Below the pieces are notes generated by a model. That model ran no database searches. It worked only from the letters and a program-made list of their open reading frames with translations, and was not told the origin of the DNA. A stretch of 63,979 nucleotides of DNA, the filler included, from Bipalium vagum (Eukaryota): assembly GCA_037834085.1 (NCBI GenBank). It is 3 parts of 3 records of this genome, joined end to end, with 100 filler letters (N's around TTAATTAATTAA, not from the genome) between each part and the next. Parts side by side here need not be neighbours in the genome. Positions count along the whole stretch, not along the records: positions 16,077 to 46,289 come from JBBMKC010003223.1; 2 more parts are not named here. One strand, 5' to 3'. Positions 29,201-39,913 of this stretch are shown piece by piece; position 1 is the first letter of the stretch, and each line of letters opens with the position of its first letter. The translations under genes and the position numbers were made by a program.

Positions 29201-29980
29201 CTATGCAAAACCTAAAAGACAGCCCTCGTATTAACGTATCTATTTGAATTTATAATTATAGTAAAATGAATACAGAGAAAATTAAAATTCGAGTTTTGAT
29301 CCATCATTATTGGAAAAATAGATTTACTATTGCTGCCATCACAATTAATATTTGTGATATTGAAGAACAAAACATCGTTGTCTATGGCAGTCCAAGATTG
29401 GTTCAAAACGTTTCAAATCGCTGATACTACTCTTGAAGATAAGCACCCAATAATATCGAATTTATTTTTAGTTTTAAAATTAATAAATTATTTTTTGGTG
29501 TTATTTTTTCATTTAATTTCTCGAGAGATTTTTTAAATTTTCAATAACGGAAACTTTAGATATAACCTAATAATAATATCCGAAATCTGAATAAAAGGTA
29601 TTTTGGCATAAACAGAAATGAAAAAAACTGATGTATGCAGGCAACATTGAAAAGAAGTCAAAATGAAAGTTTTGACGTACAACTTAAATTCGAAAAACAG
29701 CACTGAATCAAATAAAGGATAAAATTGAAGGATTTCAACTTATTAGGAATTGATTATTTTATACGCAACTTATAACAGAATATATTAAAATATCGTATTC
29801 TAAAGTAATATTATCAATCGTTTCAGGTCTAAATGTAAAGCAAATTATAATGATATGTCTCTGTTCTCTCATACTAGGTGGGGTGGCCTTGGCTGCAGCA
29901 GCGTTGAGACTAAGGTTTATATACATTTTTATTTTCTACGAAAATATTAAATTAATTAATCACTTAGTCATAATTTCTAA
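17208..29980 (+). CDS. Candidate 3' part of an unknown multi-exon gene with a C-terminal transmembrane helix (model uncertain)
   Basis: Phase-consistent GT-AG chain 17208-17268, 17312-17363, 17458-17520, 17567-17635, 21257-21295, 21355-21392, 22439-22587, 29827-29914, 29968-29980, ending GLNVKQIIMICLCSLILGGVALAAAALRLSHNF*, with AATAAA at 30061. Half the donors are weak (GTT) and minus-strand alternatives exist. Confidence 0.35.
18218..18431. mobile_element. Tc1-family MITE, copy 1
   Basis: 27-bp TIR CAGTCCCCGCCAAAAGTCTTTGGCCAC, TA flanks, non-coding. Confidence 0.92.
19160..19340 (+). mobile_element. Tc1/mariner N-terminal HTH fragment (DUF4817-like)
   Basis: VRTRFREKYQTEPPERHVIKAWSSKL. Confidence 0.55.
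19377..21151 (-). mobile_element. Tigger/pogo transposon (CENP-B-like DDE), decayed
   Basis: TIRs CAGGTAAACT..TATTTAAC, TA flanks; FKATNGWL, NCDESG, WNKKAWM, KVLFILDHALVHP, FLSPTTTSKIKPFYQG. Confidence 0.9.
22750..23400 (-). mobile_element. mariner fragment
   Basis: NRKRVILFHVNEQPHV; YKNGIQNLVTRWQ. Confidence 0.75.
26230..26830 (+). mobile_element. Decayed mariner fragment
   Basis: WFTKFRTG..SGR. Confidence 0.5.
28321..28391 (-). tRNA. tRNA-Ala(CGC)-like sequence, probably a pseudogene or SINE head
   Basis: GGAGATG TA GCTC AGCGGTCA GAGC A GTGCATGCGCATGTGA AGGTC CCGGA TTCAAAT CCCGG TATCTCC. Acceptor stem, D stem and A/B boxes are present. The anticodon arm is short and poorly paired, position 3:70 is A:U rather than G:U, and the discriminator is G. 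Confidence 0.7.
28440..29228 (+). mobile_element. mariner, 5'-truncated
   Basis: ISR*IPHLL, CGDDSWFYSYEPE, IILHHDD; right TIR ...GACAGCCCTCG-TA. Confidence 0.85.
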
Positions 29981-30814
29981 ATCTGACTGAAGAAGTCATC
30001 AAGGAATGTCTCTCATTCCACAAACTTCAGTGATCATGATCAAAATTATCTAATCAGAACAATAAACACGTACCCGTTTCATTTGTACCAATTTTTAATT
30101 TTCATTTTGAGAAAAGAAAAATTTTTTCAATTTTGATTTCTTTGAATTTTGAAGTCTTTAAGCAGTTTTGAAAATTTTATTTATCTCAAGTTTCCATTCT
30201 TACTATTCTTTAACCTTTTAATATCCATACTTCTATTTAGAAATAAAATTAAATACTTTAAAAAAAAGAAAAAAAATATTTTTTGTCATTATTTTACTTA
30301 CTTAGGTATTATTGCAAAAGACGCAGAGTTCAGACTAAAGACGAATCATATGGGTATTCTTTTGGAAGCAGGTGCTCATTTAGTGAGATAGGGCTGGACA
30401 AGGAACGCCGACTTAATGTCTCCCGATCAGTCAATTATCAAACTTTGGAAATTTACCCGAATTACTTTTATCAAGTAAGAATGGATTCAAAATGAAAAAT
30501 ATTTTTTCATGGTCTGTCAAAATAATAATTTTTTATTTCTCTTCTTCTCTATTAATTTAATAATCTTACTTTTGTGGGTACTTGAGATTTCTGGGAAGGT
30601 TATTTAAATATTAAATAATGTTGAAGAGAAACAAATTTCCGTTTCTGTTGTTTTTGGTTTTCGAGATGGTTTTTAATTAAACTTTCTTCTATTAATCTAA
30701 GATAAATTGTTTTGTGATGTCTTTCTCGATATCTTTCTCACACCTAATTTTGTGTGAGATTTATAGCAGGGTTATCCATAGGTATTTTTTTTCTACCAAA
30801 AGATTTAAAGTGTA

Positions 30815-32109
30815 CACAGCTGGACAAAAAAATGAGGCTTACACAAAATAAAACATTTTATAAAAATGTTTAAATTGGTTAACATGTATTACATTTGTAA
30901 TATTTAAGCTATTGCACGTAATATGTGTGTAATTTGGTGTTTTTGTTCTGTTTGTTTTAATAATTCAAGTTATAAATAAAATGACTAAGACACTTTTAAA
31001 AAATCGGATGTGGCCTTTGTTACACAAAGCTGTCATATCCTGAAATGCAGAATATTTTGAAGAAACATGGTATTCAAATTCCATTATCCACAATAAAAAG
31101 AATTGGCTACCAGCTTAAGACAACAGGTTCTGTAAAAAGAAAACCGGGCTCAGGGAGACCCAGAAAAACTACAAATCGAGATAACAATAGACTGAAATTT
31201 GAGGTCATTAAGATCGTAAGAAAACTATCACAAAATTAGCTGAGGAATCCAAAAATGGAAATAATGAAACAGCTTCTCGAAAAACAATTGCAAGATGAGT
31301 CAAAGAATTGGGGGTTGCATCTATGCGTTGTGCAAGGAAACCATTTTATTCAAAAAAGAGTATTAAAGACAGATTAAATTTTTATAATCTTTACGATATT
31401 TATGATTCTCAGTGGTTCCAATATGTGTTCTGGATTGATGAATGTCGATTTGAACTTCATAGTGATGCCCCTGAACGCTGTTTTCGAAGATCAACTGAAA
31501 AATATGTAATGGAATGTATTTCCACCTTAAAAAAACATGGCGCTGGTGGAATTATGGTTTGGGGAATATTCTCAGCATCTGGAGTTGGTGAGCTTATACG
31601 ATGTACTGGGCCAATTAATGCCAAAGAATACCAAAGGATATTAGGTATTGGATTGCTTCCAAGCATCGAGAAGTTATGCACGGAAAATGAAAGACAATAT
31701 GTTATTTTCCAACAGGACAATGCACCGGCGCACATAGCAAAAACAACAAAATCATGGTTGAAGAAAAAAGGTACCGGTTATGTTTTGGCCTGGACAATCG
31801 TCAGATCATAATCCCATTGAGAATATATGGGTATACATAAAGGCAAAACTTGACTGGAAAATTTTCAATACTCCTGACCAACTGTGGAAAGCAGTCGAGA
31901 AAGAATGGAAAATCATTATTACAGAATATTGTCAGAGACTATCATATAGCCTACCCAAAAGGTTCAATTTGCTTAAATTGGCCAAATGGAAATATATCCC
32001 TTATTAATATTTTTTATTTTTGAAAATTTTTGTAAAAAAAAAATTGTGAAAATAAATGTCATAATATATGATATAAATTATGTAAGCCTCATTTTTTTGT
32101 CCAGGCGTG
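30815..32109 (+). mobile_element. Tc1 (DD34E) transposon, full length, transposase disrupted
   Basis: 29-bp TIRs CACAGCTGGACAAAAAAATGAGGCTTACA (2 mismatches), TA on both sides; GSGRPRKT, WIDECRF, IMVWG, FQQDNAPAH and WPGQSSDHNPIENIW split over several frames. Confidence 0.95.
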
Positions 32110-32179
32110 TATATATATTTTTAAAAACAAATATTTAATCAACTATTCACTATTAAGTTCTATGACCTTTACTACACAA

Positions 32180-32500
32180 TATAATCGTGATTAGGTTGAC
32201 AGATTGAAAGCAACCTATACAAAATACATTCAGTTCTTCTCAATAGAAAAGATATTATTCCCCTTAATGACAATGCCAGATCACATATGTTAAGGATAAC
32301 TAGAGAAAAAATAAGAATATTAGATGGGAGATTTTCACTCATCCCACATACTCACTTGTTCATTCTGGATTTTTACTTCTTCAGAACATTACACCAATTT
32401 ATAAATGGAAAAATTTTAGAGGACCAGAAAAATACCTTGCTCGAGTAATTTACTCCAGAAATCCAATCTTTTTGATAACCTTTACTACAATGTGATGAAA
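32180..32500 (+). mobile_element. mariner catalytic-domain fragment
   Basis: LLNRKDIIPLNDNARSH, HPTYS. Confidence 0.7.
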
Positions 32501-33199
32501 AATAAATTAATAACAACCTTGATTTTCAGATACTTATGCATGTTCACAGGGAAAACCTCAAATATATTTTTAAAAGTATAATAAAAGTAATAATAAATGA
32601 TTTATTAAAACAACAAAGTTAAGAAAGCACCAGGTATGTACTTTATGTACATCATGTAAATCATTAATATCTGTGATGGCATTTTTCTCGTTTTTAGAAA
32701 ATTTTCCTTTATAAAAAATAAAGTCAAATATTATATTTTTCTTTGATTAAAAAACTGTTATCATTATTAGAAATACTGCTCACAATTATACACCAAGAGT
32801 TTTCGAGAAGATTTTGGTTCTTTTTAAATTCCTCTTGTTGTCACTATCCTTTTTACAATTTCGTATCGTATTGTTGCACTGCAATATTGATAGATATCTT
32901 TGTCAATCTTCCTGACAAACTAACTATTGAAGCAAGTCGAATAATGTGACTTTTATCAATCGATGATAATTGACATTCTCTTCCAGAATTTCTTTTATTT
33001 GTTTTGCAAATGCGTTCAAAGACAAGCCTTGGTATTTTAAAATTTCAATTTTTTTAATTCATTTAAGTCACATTTTCTTTCTATGACACGAAATGACAAA
33101 ATATAACTTATATGTGAATGATAACGCAATTAATTTAACTTCTTTGTTAAAAGTTAAATAAATTAATAAAACAAAAAAAATTTTTAAAATCAGACAAAG

Positions 33200-33390
33200 A
33201 GACTCAGATCATTTGAGCTCATTAGTCGTCAATAGTTTCGACGCTTCAAAAGCCGTGATTTTGATTTGAACGATAAAGAACGCATTGGGCAACCACATGA
33301 GATGAGTTCGAATGACTTGGAAGCACTTGTGAAATATGATTCTATTCAATCAAGTGTAGAATTGGTAAGGAGATTACATGTTAACCAATA
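33200..33390 (+). mobile_element. mariner HTH fragment
   Basis: Q*FRRFKSRDFDLNDKERIGQP...SVELVRRLHV. Confidence 0.7.
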
Positions 33391-34249
33391 GCAGACGTAA
33401 TCTATAATATTTACTATAGCCATATATGACTGTTGTGACACTTATTTTACTGTGATATATTCTTATATTGAACATTTTCAAGTTTTCATTGGGTTTCTGT
33501 TTTTGACCGCACTGTATTTAATACTTAAGTATAATTATATAACAGTCCAATATATTTTTAACTCATAACTATGTCTAATTAAATACAAAAATATTATTAA
33601 AAGATCATTTTGTTCATTTAAATATCCTCGATAAAATTGTAAACAATTTCAAATATAATTATATTTGTGTGGCTTAATATAATTATTTGGGCACTGGCAT
33701 CATTTTCTGACAGAGTCAATCAAAAAAGATCATCCAATATAATACGGTTAAAATAAACATAATGGAAAATTTTATCTGAATTATTAATAAATAATTTTTT
33801 GGACTTTAATAAAAATTCATTTAAATTGCAATTAAAAAAAAATAATAAATAAAATATATTCTTTATAAATAAAAATGAAAGTCGAAAAGTGTTTTGAATT
33901 TTGGTTTTTATACAAAATGTCTGGGTGTGTTTTTAATTATTGACAGTTTTAAATTCTTCTTATTAGAACAGTCAAAAAATTCTGGCACAATTAAGAAAAT
34001 TAAAAAGACTAAATTAAACACTTTAATAATTAATTAAATTTTTACCTTCTCTATCTAATAGTATTCTCCAACTTATACAAAAAATTATTGGCTTACCGTA
34101 GAAAATTTTGTAAGTTTCAACAGCTTCATCGAAATTAAATGTTTTACCACTGAAAGTATTGTGTACAGAACGTAATAGATAAAAACCAGAAGCCATAATA
34201 TGTGGAGAGTTTGATTGGTAATGGAGAATTTACCATTCAAATTCTTGCA

Positions 34250-34950
34250 GTTTCGCAGTCTTTTACATAATGATGGATCTGGCATTAGCTTGGTAAAAGT
34301 CTATTCCTTTTCGATTGTTCAAAGTCGGATGTTTTTAAAGAATAAGAGCAATGGGGCTAGTGAGTTGCTTACAGTACTTATCTGTCGTTATTGATTCACA
34401 CCATGAAAAAAGTTCAACATGAATAATGCTTCGGCAGTCGCCCTAATTACTCACCAATACCTTCATTTGATACAGACCAATCTTTGCAAATGTTTCTGCG
34501 TTTTCATCTACTTTTCTTCTGACTCTTTACCGTCTTATATTATTGTACAGAATCCACTTTTCATTGAATAAAGGAAGAAAATGCAAGCTGTTTATTTTAT
34601 TCTTTACCGATAAATTTTTTGCAACCCAAATATATCAAACTTGGATACATATTCTACACTTCTTAATTGACCGAAGACAGTCGAAATATCAACATTCATA
34701 TTTTACACAATCTTATCTGTTGAATTCCGTGCATTATTTCTTATCAAGGCATAAGCCAACTTCTCATCCACGACGACAGGCCATTCAGAGCGGATTGATC
34801 TTCTAAGCTAAAGCCCTCACCTGAAAATCTTGCAAACCATTTTTAATGTTTTGGACAGGACCTATATCTAAGTAAGCGCTTTAAATTCATTTTCACTGAG
34901 CTCCAATATTCATACCATTCAGGAACTCATACAGTTTGGCATGCCATTAA
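34250..34950 (-). mobile_element. Decayed mariner fragment
   Basis: NEKWILYNN and ITTDKYCKQL. Confidence 0.5.
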
Positions 34951-35772
34951 TACATTTTTTCGATTTGCATAATTTGAAACATCACTGACATATTTAACGA
35001 TTATTTTAAAAAAGTATTGTGCTGAAATATTACACAATATTATAACATTGAAATTGAAACCAGTTGGATACAAAAATATTTTATTAACATAACATACATT
35101 GTTTCAACTAGAGCAGGAACTTTTGCAATGATCTAATATTTAATAATGTTCATTTTGATTAGTTATTTAATAAATAGATATTCTGAACAGCGATTTCTAT
35201 TGAGTTAAAAAGATTGTTTGTAAAAGATTGTTTTATTATTATATATAAAAAGTTATTGAATGTTATTATGTTATTGAAGAAAATGAAACAAGAATACATT
35301 ATTATACAAAAGTTTATGTTCATGAATCTATTTCTAAAACATAGGTCTTTCAGTGGTAAAGAAAATTTGAGAGATTGAAACCAGTATTTTGACCAAATCA
35401 CAAAAAGCGATTGTTTTATAATCTGATATAATCATATGAAACAATAACATTGAAGGTTCTGATACATTTGACAAAACATAAAAAGGCTGTAAGCTTGATG
35501 ATTGAACTGAAATTAAACACGGAAACAATGTTTGCAGCTAAATATACAATAAAAAAGACATTAGTTATTTAATGGCCATTGTTAGTGAAAATTATCTCAC
35601 GCATAAATTGGTAATAAAACATCTGAAATTGACAAATAAATTGTCTTACACGAGTCATCGGAAACTACAAGGTGTATGGTTACAAAACTCCGGATCTTGG
35701 ATAAACTAATTTAGACAATTTGTGCAGAGTTTGTCACATTAAGAGGACATTGAGAAGATCTTCTTCAAATTA

Positions 35773-36204
35773 AAGTGCAACTTCTATTTTGGACAAATTT
35801 CTGAAATGGACCACTTCTATAATCAGACCAAACTCCATATTTGGACCAATAATTTGTACTTATCATATTTCTCGATATTTGCATATAAAAAATAATATTC
35901 TTGGTCCAAAAATTTCAATAATTTGTTTAAAAATTTAATAATTTGTTTTAATAATATTTTAGTATATAACTTTTTCAAAATCAGGAATGAGTAAAAACTA
36001 AGGATTAAAAACTAAAATTACGGATTATTTAATTCAGAAACGTTGAAATATATTATTATTTATTGGACTTATTGTTACTTTTTTAAATTTCTATTATTAC
36101 ATCCACATAAGTTCATATAAACATGTTTTATAGCCTTTTTATGTCTTAACTTCTATTTTTGGACCTCTTTTGACATTTTTTGGTCCAAAATAGAAGTTGC
36201 ACAG
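35773..36204. mobile_element. MITE (pogo-like) with subterminal repeats
   Basis: TIR GTGCAACTTCTATTTTGGAC / GTCCAAAATAGAAGTTGCAC, TA flanks; internal copies of ACTTCTATTTTGGACC-like motifs. Confidence 0.8.
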
Positions 36205-36718
36205 TACATATCACCTGCATTCTAAACAGTAAAAGTACATTAATAATTTGAGTACACTCTACAGTTCAATATAAAAATAAATAAATGTGTCGTTAGTCAT
36301 AAAATGAATTTGTTCATTTTATTTTAAATTTGAATTTTCACGTGCTCTCCAAAAATATAGAAAGATATCATAATAGTGGTTTAAAATAAAAATCAACGGC
36401 TGATGATGCTTTGATTAGGGCCATTATCACCGAAGACATCCATCATGTTCTGGACGGTCTGAGCTACTGTGGGTTTTTTACGGAACTCATATTCCATTAC
36501 TATACTTTTTGCAATTTTTTCATTATTTATAAACTGTAAATTACAAATCATATATTGATCTAAAATAGATGTCTTACTTCATTTTTTGAAAGCGTGTGGC
36601 TTTAGCTAAATATTAAAACAAAATTTATTATTTTAGATTAAAAATTCGTGAGATATTAGACTTTAAAAATGATCATACAAAGTTATTCATTTCATACTTA
36701 ATGACCTACTACTATTTA

Positions 36719-37555
36719 CTCCATGTCATAAAAAAGTTGATTTAATAATATAATATAATATAATAATATAATGAATATTTTTTAAGTTAATTGATTGTTT
36801 TAAATAATTAATTTTGTTTATTTTATTGCTAATCTTTTGAATTTAGAAATGTCAAATCTTTTTTATTACTGATCAACAAGGTGCTGGTCAAAATGAGAAA
36901 GGTGGAACCGGAATATGTTACTGTCGAAGATTTATGCCAATATTTCAATATCAACAAAAATGATGTCAGAAAATTGAGGGATCATTTTTTTGAAAGTGGT
37001 ACATTGGATAGGAAGCAAGGATCAGGAAGACATTATATTGAAAATTATGAAGAGCGACGACTAGTGATGTAAGAACCTATCGTAAACGCTGGTCTAGTAG
37101 CATCCTCGATATTTCAAATGCTACTCAAATCCCCAGTAATAGCGTACAAAGAATTGTTGTAGTTGAACAATTTAGACTGGTCCATAAGAAAATATTCCCT
37201 CTAATAACATATGTGGAAAAATTAAATGATTTTAGTGACAACCTTAATTCAACAATCACTGCTGTGAATCAGCCTGCTCAATCCCCTGATTTAAACATCG
37301 ATGACCTCGTATTCTTCAATTCCTTGAATAAGGGATACCAAAAATCTACGTCCAACGACCTAGACCAATTGTGGACCAAATTACAAGCTGAGTAATTCGA
37401 TATGAAGTCTCGAATTGTAGATAAGATCATTGGTTCAAAAGGAGCGGGTGTTGATGATACTCATCATTGATTAATATTCTATCATGTACATGTATATAGT
37501 TGTAAAATACAAATTTTCTTTGTTTATTATAAATCCACTTTTTTATGGTATGGAG
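36719..37555 (+). mobile_element. Internally deleted DD39D-type (plant-mariner/Stowaway-like) element
   Basis: About 30-bp TIRs CTCCATGTCATAAAAAAGTTGATTTA, TA flanks; N-terminal ESGTLDRKQGSGR; C-terminal NQPAQSPDLNIDDLVFFNSL. Confidence 0.8.
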
Positions 37556-39418
37556 TAAATACTTTAACAATTTTCATAAATTCAAAAAATAATATATTGT
37601 GCCTCTCATAAATATTTCAAAATACAAGAACAGTTTAAAATCAGTTAGCAATTTTAAAGTTCTACAAAAATTTGTGGAAATATTATTTTGAGTAGGATTA
37701 AAACACTAAAAATAATTTAAATTAGTTTGATAATTTATTATTTAAAGTTAATAATTAATTTGTTTAAATACTTAATTATTATAAATAAATATTTGGAAAT
37801 TTATCAACTGACATAAATGTCACTAACAATAATAAAGCCAGTTTAGGCACCTTCTATAAAGATTAATAATTGTTCTAATGAAATACAAACTTGGTGGTAC
37901 TTACATTTGGAACTTTTCGATTGTTTCATAACACTTTGTTGCTGAAATATCAATCAGAGTGTTAAGGAATAATAATGTTTACCCATCTTCTCTCAAAAAA
38001 GATTTTTATTATAGAAATAAAAATCATTTCCAAAGGTCGCTCACAAAAAACATTTACCATATAATAGGTTTAAATAACTGTTTACAGGGAAATCCTCATT
38101 TCAATCTTGAAAATCATTAGTCCAATAATGAAACACTACTTTTACTTAATTTAATTGGAAGGTACTCGTTTCAAAGAATCTCGTGAGACTGTTGGTTTTG
38201 TGAAAGCATAATATGAGCTATTAATATTCTTTAATATTCTTTAATCTGAATATACTAAATATTATACAAAAACATTTTTCTATTTCCCCGTTGATAACAG
38301 GATTTATGCTGTATTTACAATGATATTTATAAACCTGAATAGTTACAATAATGGAACAGTTCCTTATTATTTTATTTTTTCTGTTTTTCTTTCACTTTTA
38401 AGGCGTTAAGAATTACGAAAATATTCATTACAGATTGATTATTTTATCTAGAAATGAAAGCATAAAATAAATAATAAAAAGTTATATATTTAATTTATAA
38501 TATATTGAGCAATCAATCNNNNNNNNNNNNNNNNNNNNNNNNNNNNNNNNNNNNNNNNNNNNNNNNNNNNNNNNNNNNNNNNNNNNNNNNNNNNNNNNNN
38601 NNNNNNNNNNNNNNNNNNNNNNNNNNNNNNNNNNNNNNNNNNNNNNNNNNATAAAAGATTTCAAGTTTTTCAGTTGACGTTACATTTATATTTTATATAA
38701 ATGATTGATTTATTTCTGAAAAAATATTTCTAATTTAATGTGTATTATTATTGAACTCTGAAAAAATTTTAAGAAAGTAAAATGAATTTTCGGACATTTT
38801 GATTAAAATTAAAACAATAAAATAATCTAAATTTAATTAATAATATTTAGTATTATTATTATTATTATTATTAATCTTAATACATTTATTATTATTATGT
38901 CAGACTGTCCAGTGTATGGATACACAACATGCTATGGCAGCAGTTAATACCCATTATACCGATGGTCCTCTGTGTAAACCATTATATTCTATAGCCTTCA
39001 AATACTCTCCAGTGCTGTCCAACAATGTAAAATTCTGAATTGAAATGAAAAGTCAAACTTTATTTTCGATTTTAGCGGCAGTCCGTTATTGACATTCATC
39101 GATTAAATCGCAATTGTATTCAATCTATAAACAAAAGACAGAGACGCCATTCATTAACAAATAAGATCGATGCAGTGATGATAAAGCATTTTCAAAAAAC
39201 CGGTGTTACCCCTCATCGAAACTACAGCAAAATAAACTCCAACAGATCAGAATCCATTGATATCATTAAATCGATACATTTAAAAAACACAAATCTGAAA
39301 AAAAAGTTAAGAACTAATTTGAAAAGCGTCAGATCCTGTTCTGAGAGACTTAATTGGCTGATAAAATAAAAATAAATAAATAAATAAAGATTTGTATTCA
39401 GAAATTTTATAAAAAATA

Positions 39419-39913
39419 TTAAAATTTTCCACAGATAATACAGAGAGTTTCGTTAATATTTTCAGCTATCCTTTTCTGGATCTCTTTGACGGGAAACGAA
39501 TAATAATATTCTTCACCTTTTTCATTGACTGCCAGAAGAATATATATCTTTTTGAAGTATTTATAATATTTATTGAGTAAATTATTTCGTCGCAGTGTCG
39601 GCTGAGGATTAACTGTCACATTATCGTTTGACGAAATTGTACAGTGGCAAAATCGGCCAATTTGAGTGATGGAACCCTTTTTCAGTTTGAATGCCACTAA
39701 TGGAAATATTGCCGACTCTTCGTTGCTATCCATGCACAGTTTCACCTTCGATTTGTAAGGCTTGTAGTTTTTCGATAAGCTTTTGATGATCTTGAGATTA
39801 TCACTGGGAATGGCTGGCACCTCAGAAGGGTCCTTATTACTGCTGTTATTGGATCGGACAGAATTGAGATGCCTCAGGTGCCTGAGCTTAGCAATGGGAA
39901 CAGTATTATCCAT
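39419..39913 (-). CDS. Hypothetical protein, 164 aa, single exon, no family recognised
   Basis: ATG-to-TAA ORF, long for this AT content, normal composition, no transposase motifs. Confidence 0.5.
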   Translation of the reverse strand: MDNTVPIAKLRHLRHLNSVRSNNSSNKDPSEVPAIPSDNLKIIKSLSKNYKPYKSKVKLCMDSNEESAIFPLVAFKLKKGSITQIGRFCHCTISSNDNVTVNPQPTLRRNNLLNKYYKYFKKIYILLAVNEKGEEYYYSFPVKEIQKRIAENINETLCIICGKF

